Notes: generated from the sequence alone by a model not told the origin. A stretch of DNA of 64,000 nucleotides from Lepidodermella squamata (GCA_047495785.1 JBLDXI010000054.1:3038001-3102000); one strand, 5' to 3'. Positions 24,701 to 38,964 are shown, counted from the first letter of the stretch. Made by a program: numbers and translations.

Positions 24701-27700
24701 AGAGCCCGCGCACTCGGCAGCGATAAACCACGAACGCCCGAGTTTTCGCATATTATCTCGAGGGTGCGATAGTTAGTAGTACCTAGTAGTCGTCGTCGGC
24801 GGCTAACAATCCGTGCTATGCGATGGCATTTCACTGAACGGTGAGCAATGCGCGCGACTCGGGGCGCGAGTCAGGACAGGAGACGAATAACCCTTCAACA
24901 ACCCGAGCGCGCAGTAAAACTACTAATTATTTCTACACTAGTAGAGCAGCCGAATACAAATACAAACAACATCCACTAATCGCATTTCCATCATCACTCC
25001 ACCCGTCAAAGTCAAGTGAATGAAGAGCCGCGCTGGGCGGCTTGATAGCTAGAATTTGTAATTAAAACAACAAAATATTTATGCGAGGCGTAAAAAAAAA
25101 ATCAAAAGCATATGTCAATTTGCGTGACGACAACAAATTTTTTCGGCGAGTCACGCGATGAAAAAGCGGGCGGGTGGTATAGCTGTAAATTAAATGGTGG
25201 CGGCGGGCACCTGCCGTGTTGCGCGAACAAAACGGGACAGCTGCGTTCTTCGGCAAATTAATCGCATTAGTTATATTACTAGTATTTATATTTATTGGGT
25301 TATGCCGGCGTTGGGCATTACGCTCGAGGGCTTTAGGCTGCCGGTCTAACAACATTGGAGAATATTCTACGACTGAATTTGAGCTAGAGGCTTGTCGCGC
25401 ACCGGCGGCAGCGTTGGTGCGCACGAACCGGTTGCGGTCGTAGCAGCGCTGGTGGTGTAATAATCCGCAGTTTACGACTACTTACTGCAGCTGCCGAGGA
25501 GTTTTAAAAATAAGGCGAAGCTCTTAGGCCGCGTTCACACCTTAACGGTAGAGAAGGGCGCGAGCAACGGCGCCGTGGGACAGGTGCGGCACTGGTGTCT
25601 TTTGCGAGTGCGACACGTGCTCGCGCGCGAGGGTAAACAAAAATACACTGAACATCCGACGTAAATACAAATAACACTAAATAATAGTATTCAGCAGTTC
25701 GAGAGCGAGGCGGCGGAATGATGATACTAAACTGTGTACTGCTGCTAGTCTAACCTGAAATCGCGATGAGCCTTTATCAAGTGCTGTTAATTTTGAGTTT
25801 TGTTGACCCACAGCGTATGTCCAAGTGTTTCGAGTGATAACGGTTGAAAATCCTAAGGTGAAATGTGAAAATTTGCCGGCAAAATCAACATTAATTGCAA
25901 TTCTAATTCCTAAATATATAAAAATTGACCTGCGGTGAAAATATTCATTAGAGATTTTACGAATATATTAAATTAAGTTGGATCAAGTTCAAAAATTATA
26001 ATCTTGAATATTCAAAGGAAAAATCGTTATTAGGACTAATTTAAATATTCGAAATTTTGCAGAAGAAACTTTTTGTAAGATCTCGCAAGCAATAAGTTGT
26101 TTAAAACGGCACTGTCCTCATTTAATTAAGCCGAGGTTAAAATGGCCTAGGAAATTAATTCACACTCAATTAAGAGCTGAACGTAAATTTCAAATTAAAA
26201 CTAATATCTCAACCGGAAATCTTCATTGTTTTCCGGTTCTGAAGCACTCGTGCGAAATGTTGCTCGCACTTGAGCAATTAGGCCGGTAGTGCTATAGTAG
26301 TCGTTGCAATTTAGGCTTATTAGGAAAAGTGAACAGTAAGCCCTAACGGATATATCAGATTTTTTTTTATAGAATTTTTGATTTCTCTAAGAGATAGCAC
26401 TGGAAATGGCGTCAAATTACCCTCGATAAGTACGAAAAGAGCGCAAATTAGAGAAATATGTTAATATGTATGTTGTACCGGGCATATGAAACGAAAAGAA
26501 CGCGTTGTTCTGGCTAAAAATATGCAGGGTGACTAATCGGTTTCATCAGCTGATCAGATCGCGGCTTTGGACGCTGATGCTGAGCGCGATGATAATCGCT
26601 GCCGATAAGAAGTTTATTGCCACACATGAAAAATAAAACAAACTACAGCTACTAAATTATACCGTAATAAGGCCTTGTTTGTTTATCACGCGCGTCTCGC
26701 GCCTTATAATATTTTTGCATTTTTATCTGTGCGCGCGTTGAAATCGAGAAGCGACCGCCACGCGTCGCCAGTCCCACGGTATTTCATTATCTGGCCGATT
26801 ATTATCATTAAGGAGCCGCGCCCGAGAGTCATAATCGAATCCGCGATCGCATCGCCGCACGGTGGCGGCTTTATACTGGCGATGATGATAATAAATTTTC
26901 GGATAGGGAGCCTCTGTATGTATTTCTACTAAAATTTGCACGCCTCGATGAGCGCGCACTTGCGCCTTAAAAATAGCTGTGCGCTCACGTTTTTGCTTGA
27001 CTGATCGGCAATTTATGCGCATTAAGGCAGAGTGAAGCCGTTATTATTAGGCAGCTTCAAGTTTTGAATCGAGACGATGACAAAATTGAGGCGTTTTGTT
27101 TTATTGTCATCGTTGTTGTTGTTATTGTTGACGTTGGTGGTTGAGACTATACTGATAATAATTATAATGACGGTAATATTATTATTGCCCGGCGCCGATC
27201 TGCTCTTGTTGAACGCGCCAAGTCACTCATCATTCGAGAGCTCAATAAGCAATAATAACAATATAAATCTTGGCCACGCGTGGAAAATTAAAATTTCGTC
27301 CACCCGTTCATATAAAAATGCAATATTTCATCGGTGACAAAATGACATAGCCCTGATAAGTGTCGTAAATAAAGCGAGATGGAATTATTATTTTGACGAG
27401 ACACAGAACTACGCCAAAAATGTCTTTTTACAATATTTATTAAAGTGATTTTTTTCTCTCGCTCTCTCTCAGAAAAGAGATGCAGAAAAGTACGGCCGTA
27501 AATAAGAAAACATTTACGCGATTAAAACAAGTCCGATATATATTATTATTATTATTATTTACTTCAGACGAGAGAGTGAGAGAGAGAGTCAGTATATAAG
27601 GCGAAAATTTATGCGCGCAAATCTCGTTTTGTTTACGGGACAAAAACTATTGAGGCAAGAGCGCGCGAGAAAAAAATCAAGAAAAATTAACTGAAACCGC

Positions 27701-29145
27701 TCGCCTTAGGCGTGTTTACACCGTGATCGCGTACAATTGGTTTCATAATATCGGCGTGGGAAAACTGCATGATTGCAGTTTATTAAAAGTTTAATTTCTA
27801 ATTTTCAAAAAAATATGCAATTTTTCGTGGGAAATTGCGCAATTTCTGATTTGGCTTGTACGGGCCAGCTCTTCTGTCTAGGGCGGAAATGGGGCTAGAT
27901 GGTGGTTTATTATAACGGCCAGTCTCTTTCCGGTGGTTCGCCTCGGTGTTTACAAACATAGTAAACCGAGTTCACGCGCGAGAAACTGGCCTGGGTGCGA
28001 TAAGTGTACGGAAATCATCCCAAAAGTGTTTTGTCAAGACGATGTATTATTTGGAATGCGTGCAGTATAGATGTCAAGTAAAAGGCACTGCAACCTATAC
28101 CCATCGCTGTTGTTGGGATGAGACGCTCTTGATTCGCGAGGCGCGTTTTGGGTGCACACAAAGGTGACATAAATACGCAAATATACCCGATCGGGTTGGT
28201 ATTGCCGTGCGGTAACTTTCAAAAGTGCGCATGACATCACATACACCCACATTTACAAATATTGAGTGCGATATATCATGGCCAAATAATCATAATATTC
28301 ACCCGAAAGGTGTCCACCACAACAATTTGAATATATGCAAGCGGTTATTATCATCGCAAACAACAAACAAACATTTTATTGCCGAGACAGCTGCGAGTAA
28401 AAAGTGGCCACTAAACATTATTAGAGTGGATGATTTCAGTGTTTACGCTGCGGTGTAATAAATTTTCTTGGCGTCGGTCCGTAGATACCTGTACTTCCCC
28501 AAGTTACAGCTAACGTATGGCCACGCGATAAAATTTATTGCCCTATTCCGAGATTTAATGCCGATATTATAGCTTAAACATGCGATCAAGTGTGTAAAAA
28601 GCGTTTACCTGTTATACCAATTATAAAATCGCGTCATGGGCGGTATAAACGAGTAGATTTACTGCTGATGCTGCGGCGGCTAGAAAGTACGTACGAAGTA
28701 TAAATATTTGATCGGCCGGCGTTTGGCGCATATGTTGCGCGGCCAAACGTTGACAGTTTTATTTAACGGTGTCGAGCGAGCGATTAACACTCGCACTTGG
28801 CCGGCCTCTCTTGTTGCGCGTTGGCGGCACTCAGGTTACGGTTCAAGAGAATATTGCGATGCTTGTTTACGCCTTGTCCGCGACACGTCAGCCGCGCCCC
28901 GCCACAACAATAAAACACGGCTATACGCAATTGAAAAATTTCTTCCTCTCGCCTTTCGACAAGTTTATTAATTCTCTCATTTCATGTCTTGCAAAATTCT
29001 ATAGTTCTTTGAAACAATTACTATGCAGACGGGGCAATCTTGGTATTGTAAAAATAATCTCACGAGTGAAAATCACTTTCGAAATGAAACAATAACTCTA
29101 ATTAGGCGGCGACCGTCGCCGTTATATCCCCGGCGCGTGGATTCA

Positions 29146-30341
29146 TCAATAAATCGGATTAGTGTCGGCGATATTAGTTGAACGTGTTGTGAGCAGCAGT
29201 TCCTCCCAGGCCGATAGCTGTTCAATTGCCGGACGCGTCGGTCGTGAAGAAAAATTCGATCTTCGCACAATTTCGTAAGCTTTCTGTTGTTGTTGTTGTT
29301 GTTTCGACAAGACAAAAACAGGCGTGAAACAAATGGAACACAAATGTAAAAATGAACAAACCTCGAGAGGCTGATTATTCAATGACATCAAGTAGGCAAT
29401 CGCAACAACGACGCTTCGATTTACGCCAGATTCTGAATAGATTAAAACGCGCCTCCCTTTATGCACATGGGTCTGGATAAAATCAGTTGCCGCTTTCAGA
29501 ACGGACAAGTAGTCGTCGTCTAGGTCGTCTTTAAGCGATATAAGATGCAGCTGGTGACTTTCGTCAAATCTTCCGTGTACCACATCTGTGCAGTTGACAA
29601 TGGCACCGATTTTACAGTCTTTGATAACTTCAGGCCGCTCAGCTTGGAAACGCGATCCTTGATACACGCTTGATTGGATGATTTCATACGGATACGTTTG
29701 TAGCACTTCTAGTTCCTAAAATAAAAAACAATTTTCCAAAGAAAACAATGACAAAAAAATCTAACCATTGGGGTCCATAGAATCTTCTGTGTTCGTAAGA
29801 ATGGATAGTACCTCGAAAATAGTTCGTAGCCGCCTCTGACGATCATAATAGGGTTTCTAGCACCAGCTTTCCAAAGCTGCCTCGCACATTTAATCGCAGG
29901 ACCTATCAGTGATCTACTGTGGAATCTTGATTCATATGATTTAAGAATAAACCTACTGTTATCCGAGTAAACTGATGTGCTGCCGTCGTATACAACCGTG
30001 TTAACCTTGAATTCAATGTGCCATTCAGCGGGAATGTGAAACTTTTCTTCATCCTCCTAATTAAAAAATGCATGTTTGATTGCAATAATTGACGCCTCGG
30101 ATCAAGCTTACTCTCTTCGCTAGCTTGGCAGAAATAACATGAGATTCGTTGTACTCCTTCCTAGAACGGCAATCTGCAATAGATAGAACTATATTGAGAA
30201 GAAAAGATTCAATTGTTCAATAAAATTACCTATGAGCAGTAAATATTCGGAATCAGCGAGTTTGGGTGTAACTCCGTTTTCTACCTGCTGCAGCATGTTA
30301 TATAAGTAGTTGCAGTCGATGAAAATGTTTACAGCGGCCAT
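29146..30341 (-). CDS. STYXL1: MK-STYX pseudophosphatase (rhodanese + inactive dual-specificity phosphatase domain), multi-exon
   Basis: Spliced reading LYNMLQQ...YLLLIDCRSRKEYNESHVISA...VVYDG...GGYELFSRYYPFLRTQKI...TYPYEI...VLIYSESGVNRS, in which the catalytic HC is replaced by YS as in STYXL1. Confidence 0.88.
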
Positions 30342-31156
30342 ATTCTTTCTTGTTTAATCCTAAATAAAAAATTTAAACAAAAATTACTGGATCCTAATAT
30401 CATCCGAAATTTGTAAGGAAACTATCATAGCTCTCTAAAGAGAACACAAATCGACGGAACTATAGAAAAGAGGAACTATACTTTGCTCGAGAAAATTTGC
30501 AGCAGAGAACATGTTATTAACAATCTTTTGTGCGAAACAGCTCAATGTTAGGAACAAAGCTGGCCAGAATTCGAACATGAATTTGATGCTATTAACATTT
30601 TATCGCCATTAAGCATCAGGACAGATCAAAAACTCGCAGAGTTATCCCCAAAAAGTTAATACACCCATAATCATCAAACAACCACCAAGGTTGGAAGTTG
30701 CAAAGTTGTGCTCACAGGAACACGTTTTTTAAACCAGTTTGTTTGCTATAATAACCGAGGATTTAATCAACACCTTATAAACCATGAACAATGATGAAAT
30801 GGGCCGTTTACCTATCATAATTGAAAACTTGGAAAAATAAGATAGAGTGGTAATATATACAGGCAGAAGATTCCAGAGCTTCGCAGATCTAAGAGAAAAT
30901 GAGAAGCTCCTCGCTTGAGTATTGCGGTGAGCAAAAATTCATTTGTGGTCATCAAATGATCTAGTGATAGACGAAGACGGTTTCGTAAAAAAAATTGCTA
31001 ACAGAGAATAGAGGCATTTTATCATTTATTGCATAGGACATTTCGAAGCTGCGGATTAACTATTGGGTAGCTAAGGTCCGAAAGGGTTGGAGCGGGGCGA
31101 GCTTGCGATGGGCTTGAAGTACACCTCGTCGCAGGTGAGATCGGGGAGAAATATAC

Positions 31157-31170
31157 GTTTCCATGGCAAT
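31157..31170. promoter_or_regulatory. Candidate RFX X-box
   Basis: GTTTCCATGGCAAT fits the X-box consensus GTHNYYATRRNAAC except at the last base. It lies about 0.8 kb upstream of the STYXL1 start codon. Confidence 0.45.
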
Positions 31171-31979
31171 CAAAATTTTCAAAATATATAAATATCTTAA
31201 TGTTAAAATTAATTTGATAAAATTCTAGTTTTAACACGAAGGCTGAATTTGAAGGCACGTGGTTTTTGGCGGTTTAGTATTCTTGTTTTTCCGCACGAAT
31301 GTCCTCAACGCGCGTCTCTAGGTTGTTGAGTGCATCTACGCTGGGTAACTGATTGGTTTTTGGATTATTTTTATATGCGACAGCGCTTGAGATGTCATCA
31401 TCGGACCATCCCACTCTTACTGGAGACGATAGAATCGCTTATAATGATTGCGCCTTAAGCCTTGTTACAGAACTTACAGCGACAGAAATGGTTAGCTTGA
31501 ATGTGCGGAAACATCGGGCTTGCATTTCCACGACTTTATAGCATCATCTATCATATCACGCTGAAATCAGATGGATATTGCTCAAGTCTCCTGTTGAATT
31601 TCACCCAGCCTATGGATAATGATGGCCTAGATGGCAAAGCATGTCACATTTATTGAAAGCTTCTACTTTAAATTGGTGAGAGATCACTGTGAATCTAGTT
31701 CGCAAGATCTTGAAAGTAACATATTTTCCGCAAATTCGCTTTGCATCGTTCTTGTGGTACAAGTGTAGTGCTCACGGGTAACGTAAATTTCATAATGTAG
31801 ATTGGAAAGTGGGCATCGATTTGCAGTTGAGCGCGATGTTCACGTTTCCTTCTATTGTCTTGTTTATCGTCAGTAAACTCCTTTGATTATTCCCTAGAAA
31901 AACTAGGCCACGCGATGAAATCAATATTTATTTCTTAGCATAATGTTTTTCTCAGGTTTTATGTGTTAGTTATTTTATA

Positions 31980-33764
31980 ATGGGAACATCTGCACCCAAT
32001 TTTTGGCATGGAATCACCAATGTCGAGTGGCTTTCCACTAAGTTCATGTATGCATTCCTTACTGCTGGTTTGTTTCATTAACCTTATCGAGCCTATGATT
32101 TCAATAACTCTTACGTTACAGCTATTGCTAGCTTTAGCCCATTTATTGTGCCATTTTACGCATCCCACGGTCTGAATACTGCTCAAATGGGTGTAATCGA
32201 ATTTGCAAATATTGTTGTAAGCATTGTTAGTCGTCCTTTTTTCGCCTCAATTGCAGATAAAAGCGAACGTCACAGCTTAGTCCTTGGAATATTGCTCATT
32301 TCATTCACGTTACCGTTCGCGGGCCTTCTATTTTTCTTGCCGACCGCGGAGATGACATATTCAGTGAAATCCTCCAATGATCATGTTTTAATTGCAACCG
32401 CCGACCCTTACGTGATAAAAACCTGCAATGAAGATGTCGCTAGATTACTATCCAACTCATCGACTATTCGCATCAGTCAATTTGGAGTTGATGATATGAC
32501 GAATAATTCTTGCGCCTTGTTATGCAATCGATATCGTTAGTTTGATCTTGCCCGGAAAATTTGAATTCTCCATTGATAGTTTTTCAGCTAAGTCTGAAAA
32601 TATTGTGTCTATTACGCTGGAATCGAGTGATAATTGCTCAAGTTTCGCGGTAAATTTAAGCACTGTTGAATTTGATGGCGAGTCGTGCGGAATTTCCTGC
32701 AGAACACTATTGGAAGTTTGTAATATTTTGTTTCAAAGAAGATAAAGCAGAACTTTTGAATGCAGACTACAGATAATTTTTGGACATTTTTCTGGGCTTT
32801 GACTTTACGAGTCGTTGCAGCCATTTCGTTCTGGCCAGCCCTTTCAATTTTCGATGGTATTGCGTACGACATGTTAGGCAAGGACAATTCTGCACTTTGG
32901 GGACAACAACGACTATTCGGAACTATCGGGTGGGGTGTGGTGGCTGGATCTATAGGAATTATAATATCCACTTACCACACGTTTCTCCCGATGAACCTTT
33001 CTTTTGTACTGCTTTCAATCGCATCAATTGTTGTGGCGTTGGCTTGGCTACCTAAAAGGTTGAACCCACATAGCGACGAGGAAAAGCTTCCGTTCAAGAA
33101 AGCGATGAAAAAAGTTCTAGCCATGCCAATTTTTTGGCTTCATTTTCTGATGGCCTTATTATCCGGACTGCTCATAGGCGTTATTCAAGTCGCCTGGCCT
33201 CAACGAATGCATGATCTCGGAGCCACGGAAACTTTATACGGAGTGGTGGCAGTAGTCATTTGCACCGTTGAGGTGCCCACGTTATTTGTTGCGGGGCGCA
33301 TTGTTGACAAGATTGGATACATTCCCAGCTATTTGCTGACGTTTTTAGCGTATGCTGCTCGATTTACGGGCACCGCATTTTTGACTCCGGAAACTTACTG
33401 GGCTGCGCTGGCAATTGAGACACTCCATCTTATTTGTTACGGGATTTTCTTTTCTGCCCTCACTAAAGCAGCCGCAGCTCTGGCACCGCCCGGGACATCC
33501 TCAACAGTTCAATCGCTAATGGCGACTAGTTATTTTGGACTCGGAAATAGTAGTGGAATTTTGGTCTCATCTCTAATATATGCAAAATTTGGTGGACGTA
33601 TAGCTTTTTTAACTTATGGAGCGGTCGCTTTAGCGTTTTTTATCATTACAGTACCGTTTTATTTTGTTTGCCGACGCAGAAAAGTAGTTGAAAATACCGC
33701 TGATAGGCAGCTAGAACCTGCCCAGCTTGATGCTCTTATAAACGCCACGACAGATGAACTTTGA
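31980..33764 (+). CDS. MFSD6-like MFS transporter, copy 1
   Basis: Multi-exon; SIADKSERHSL loop, Cys-rich N-glycosylated loop after TM3, WGQQRLFGTIGWG motif, about 12 TM. Confidence 0.85.
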
Positions 33765-34357
33765 ATCGGTTCATTGGGCAAATTCTTGTTACGATTTTGC
33801 CGTGAGATTTAGTTTTATCAAATGAATAGTTTTTCGAACTATTCGATCAACCGGATAATAATGATACCTGGCTTACATCGAAAAGCTCTGCGCATGGATT
33901 TATCACAGCTATATGCTCTATAATTGCTCTAATTGCTCGCCAATTTTATACGAGTGTAAAGGTAAATAAAACAACAGTCCTGCTACTTTGGCGGTGATGC
34001 AACGATATTTAGCTTACCACAAGATTTTTCCGTGAAATAATCAATCGTAAACATTTTTATTTTCGGTGGAGACTTTGACCTGTGTCCTTTTTCATATCGC
34101 ATAGCTTAGTTCAGGCCAAAATAATCAGCAGAAAGGTTGATAGAGCGGCGCTGATAATGTTTTAGGTTACTTTATTTAGGGCAAAAATTTAACTGCCAAC
34201 GATAAAAACTATACTAGTTCTGGAAAGGAAAACACGCTTGCGATAAAGAAAACAGAATATGATGAACTACATCCCGTCATAATTTTTGCTAATTAATTGG
34301 TTCTAATCTTTACAGCTTGTTATTTTAATTTTGAATAGGAATGGATACCTTTTTAAA

Positions 34358-36252
34358 ATGAACAAAGAAATAGATGAAGGAGAAAAGAAAGAATCTTTTT
34401 GCCACGGATTAACAAACCGAAAATGGCTTCCGTTGAAAGCCCTTTATTTATTCGGCCATTCAGGTTTGATTTACGGATCTTTACAAATTTTAAAATCAAG
34501 TTTTTTCTTCGTTTCAGGCCTATCCGCCTTCCTGCCTTTCAGCATAGTTTATTATATGTCCCTCGGCTTAACAACGCCGCAAGTCGGTGTCATAGAATTT
34601 ATTTTCATCGCGTGTAGCATAATCAGCCGGCCGATTTTCGGATCACTCGCGGACAAGTGCCAGCGGCACAGTCTAATTCTTGGCACCTCTCTAGTCTTAT
34701 ACGCGATATCGTGTACCTCACTGATTCTTGTGCCAGCCGCTCGCGAGGAAACAGTCAACTATTCCACTCCTTTAGTTCTAGCAAAGAGAAATGAATCTTC
34801 ATTTGAGGTAGGTTTTTTTATATATTCACAAAAGTAAGTATGCGTTATCTGTTTTTTTCAGGCCAAAGTATGCGATTTCGAAGTATCAAATCTGCTGTCA
34901 AACATCTCATCAGTATTTATCTCTTCGGATCAAAGCAGCAAAAACTCAACGTGCAATATTGCCTGTCCAAAATATAGTAAAATTAAAAATTCCTCCTTAA
35001 AAAAATATTTCAAATTTGGTTTTTAGGTTACAATTCTGTTTATTTGAACCCTGTATTACTGTCGAATGATACTGGTTCGTGTCCGGTTTTCGAATTTTAT
35101 TCAATTTCCGAGAATGCCGCCGGTTTCGAGAATCGATCAGATGAGATAAAATGTAAAATGTCGTGTGAATTACCTGAAAAAGTGAGATTTTTTCAACCTG
35201 CTTGAATGCTTGAACAAAATTTGCCATCGCAGCATGTTGATAACCGACAAACTTTCATATGGGCTTGTATTATTCGCAGCATCTCTGCTATACCGTACGG
35301 CCCAGCTTTCAGTTTAATGGACTCGGTGGCTTACGACGTTCTTGGCGATGAACATGCCGGGCTGTGGGGCCAGCAGCGCATGTTCGGAACAATTGGCTGG
35401 GGCATTTGCGCAGTTATCGTCGGCTTTGCAATCGACGAATTTCAGTCATTTGTCGTTTCATTCGTGTCTTTCGCCGTTCTAACATGCGCCGCATCCCTGG
35501 TTGCCTTCATGTGGCTGCCCAGCCGAATTTCCCACCCGAATTCGAAGAATAAAGTCGCGTTTTGTAAGGCATTTCGCCAGGCTTTAGTCTCCCCTGTATT
35601 TTGCATACATTGCGGTGTTGCAATCGCTAGTGGCATGTTTGCCGGTGTTGTTCAAGTGTTATGGCCTCAGCTCATGCGTAACTTAGGCGCTTCCAAAACG
35701 TTTTTCGGCCTTATTTGGTTCGTCATTAATTTTTCCGAACTGCCCGGTTTATTTTTCGCCGGTAAAATTGTCGACCGAATCGGGCAAATCACGTGCTATT
35801 TGCTGATGTTTCTGTCTTTCTCGATTCGTTTTACGGCTAGTGCTTTTTTAACCGAGTCAACTTATGAAGCGGCAATAGCTATTGAATGGTTATACACGTT
35901 CGGCGGCGGCATTTATTACGCGGCTTCGACTAGAGCCGCCGCCTCGCTAGCTCCACCCGGTACTAATTCAGCGGTTCAAGCGATTTTATCGAATTCTTAC
36001 GCCGGTATCGGGACGGGTCTCGGCATTTTGCTAGGCTCTGTTGTCTACGATAAATACGGCTGCCATAGCGCATTTATGATTTACGGCATTGCAGCGTTTG
36101 CTTGCTTTTTAATCCTGCTGTTCTTCTACGTTGTCTACCTCCGCAAAATTTTTGCCATCCCCGTGAAAACACGTCCTGCGTTACCGAAGGAGCCGTCCAA
36201 TATTTCGCAGCTCGAGCAGCTGATGGGCGAAACTGCTGCTGATGAACTGTGA
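34358..36252 (+). CDS. MFSD6-like MFS transporter, copy 2
   Basis: GSLADKCQRH, WGQQRMFGTIGWG and APPGT motifs; consistent GT-AG introns. Confidence 0.85.
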
Positions 36253-36466
36253 AAAAATCCTCCTTAATTTACACCAGTATTAAATAATGCGCTTCCTATT
36301 TTTGTGATACATTTTTTTATACTAGAAACTTGTGCCTTTTTGACCTGCTTATACTTGATGCAATTACCTATTGTTAACATTATTATTGATGATTTACTGT
36401 AAAACTGCTGATTTGAAATCAAAATAAGAAATCGTGTGATTTTCAGTCGTATTTTAGGGCTTAAAA

Positions 36467-38471
36467 ATGGGCAGTGATTCGGCCGGTGGTTCAAGGAGTT
36501 ATTTTTACGGAATCTCCAATAAAAACTGGATTTCGATCAAATTTACCTACTTCTTGGGCTTTGGATCGATCGCTTCAGTTATGCCGTTTATGGTGCTGTT
36601 TTTGGCATCTCTCGGTCTTACAACTGCTCAGATCGGACTGGTCGAATTTCTGTCTATAGCGGTCGGCACTATTGCGAGGCTGTTTTTCGGGCCGATTGCT
36701 GATAAAAGCCAACGACACAGCCTAGTTTTAGCCATCGGAATCTTAATTTATGTGTTACCCCTCTCAACAGTATATATTTTACCGCTATGGAGCCCGCAAG
36801 TTTTACGAAGTTCTGTGGGGTTGAATTCCACAAAGGTTTGAGTTTTGAATTTATTTTGAATTTTTTTGAATTTGTCAAACTCATTAGGTTGAAATTTGTC
36901 AAACAGAGATAGCATCACTAGCTAGCAATTATTCTTCTATTATGTTCACATCCAATGATCTCCTGATGCCCAATCAAAATGACACAGCATGCGCACTTTT
37001 CTGCCCGGATTTGAGTAAGAAAACAATCAAAAAGAATTCTTTTGTAAAAATTTGACCAATAGGTCTTTCAAATGACTCGATAATTGTGCAAAGCTTGCTG
37101 CTAGAAACTGGGCCTAATTGCTCGACATTCAATCTTCAAAATTCCTTCTTTCTTTCGGCTCAAAATCATAGCTCCTCTATCACTTGCTCGGCCAAATGCG
37201 TTGTCCCAGACGCAATGGTGAGTTTCTCTTTTTAAAATTGATGGAAATCCTCCTTAAATTTCACGCTTCTATGTGCAATTTTAATCTGCATGATGCTAAC
37301 CTTAGATCTTCATAGTTTGAATAGTCCGATTTTTTTCAAAAAGTCGAAACAAAATTCCTGATTTTCCTGCAAATTTTGGGAATTTTTCTAATTTTATATA
37401 ATTTTTTGTTAGCAATTTTTGAGGAAAATGAAAAATATTGATAAAATACATTTTCAGAATGAGTTCAACCATTGGCTGTTCATAGCGATTATTTTCCTGC
37501 GAGTCGTCAGTTCTCTGACCCTGTCTCCCGCCTTCAGCCTAGTCGATTCGATCGCCTATGACATGATCGGAGAGGCGAATCGCGATATGTGGGGCATGCA
37601 GCGAGCTTTCGGAACAATTGCATGGGGCTTATTTGCCGGACTGACGGGTCTTCTCATTGAATTAACTCACTCATTTTACACCTGCTTAATCGCATTTTTT
37701 ATCTTTAGCATTGCGTATTTTCTATGTGCCATTGCGTGGCTGCCTAAACGGCTGACCCCTAAATCTGACGCGAAAAATGAAAATGAAGAAAAAACTCAAA
37801 TTTTGAAATCTCTAAAAATTATTTTTTCATCGCCAATTTTTTGCGTGAATTGTGTTGTTGCGATTTGTTCTGGAATGTTGCTTAGTTTCTCGCAGGTCCT
37901 ATGGCCTCAATTTATGAGAGAGCTTAATGCACCGAAACTTCTCTTCGGAATGCAGTCAGTAGTTATTTGTCTATTCGAAGTACCTACGTTATTTCTAGCC
38001 GGGCACGTTGTTAACAAACTGGGAGAAATCAGCTGTTTTCTACTCATGTTCGCCGCTTACGTTTTCCGATTCGTAGCTACCGCGTTTTTAACCCACGATC
38101 TAGTTTGGCTGTCGATGCCCATCGAAATATCTCACATGTTTTGTTTCGCGATTTATTTCTCAGCGGCGAGTAGAAACGCTGCTGCTACAGCACCCCCTGG
38201 AACCTCTTCGACTGTTCAAGGCATTTTAGCAAACGCCTACGGCGGCATCGGGATGGGTGTGGGTGTCTTGTTGGGGTCCATCGTTTACCACCATTTCGGT
38301 AGTAAATTGGCGTTTTTAAGTTATGGTGGATTTTCGGGTGTTTGTTTTGTGATTTTGTTAATCCTTCACTTCGCCTACCTCCGAAAAGCTCTCGCTAAAC
38401 CAGTTATGAAAGAGAAGTCCCTAGTTGTCGATGCTGGAGAGAAACTGCTTGAAGAAAATACCAATTTGTGA
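36467..38471 (+). CDS. MFSD6-like MFS transporter, copy 3
   Basis: GPIADKSQRH and WGMQRAFGTIAWG; loop-region introns at the same positions as in the paralogues. Confidence 0.85.
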
Positions 38472-38964
38472 TTTTTATCTGAAAATTGTTTATTTTAATC
38501 TCTGGCGCAACCTCATTCACAAAATATTTTATTAATTATTTCGACAATTCATTAATCAATTTTCTATCTCAGAAATAAGAGCACTATTTTTAAAGTTGAG
38601 ATGAACATTTTGAACCGACAATAAAATTTGTTACCACTTTTGGTTGTTCTAGCAATTCATTTCAGTTATTGTGTACTGCCAGTTAAAATATCGCGAAAAA
38701 CAAGTACAATCTTATTTGAAATGTCAAGGTGATTTTTTTTAATTTGAACAAAAGCCAGTATTATGAAAAGCGCTGTCTACCGTTTTGTCTTTTTTCTGCG
38801 CATCTATTTCAGCTGTCTCAAGTCATGTGCCGCCCAACCAGCAGTGAGTATCTAAACCCCGAAGATTGTTCAATGACGTCAATTGTTTGCGAGTAGTTCA
38901 TGTGCTGTGTTGTACTGGCTTTTCATTAAATTCGAGCTTTCGTTTCTTATTAAGCGCTGCATAA

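Noticed and set aside
25216-25443. Small single-TM ORF
   Set aside because: No in-frame ATG or convincing splice sites; the hydrophobic run comes from AT-rich sequence.
27077-27337. Signal-peptide-like ORF
   Set aside because: Hydrophobicity derives from (TTG)n and (ATA)n simple repeats.
29284-29361. Poly-Q insert in STYXL1
   Set aside because: It is a 78-nt GT-AG intron ending in (CAA)n-CAG that happens to be in frame.
30791-30862. C/D box snoRNA (ATGATGA C box)
   Set aside because: No D box (CTGA) or terminal stem at a suitable distance.
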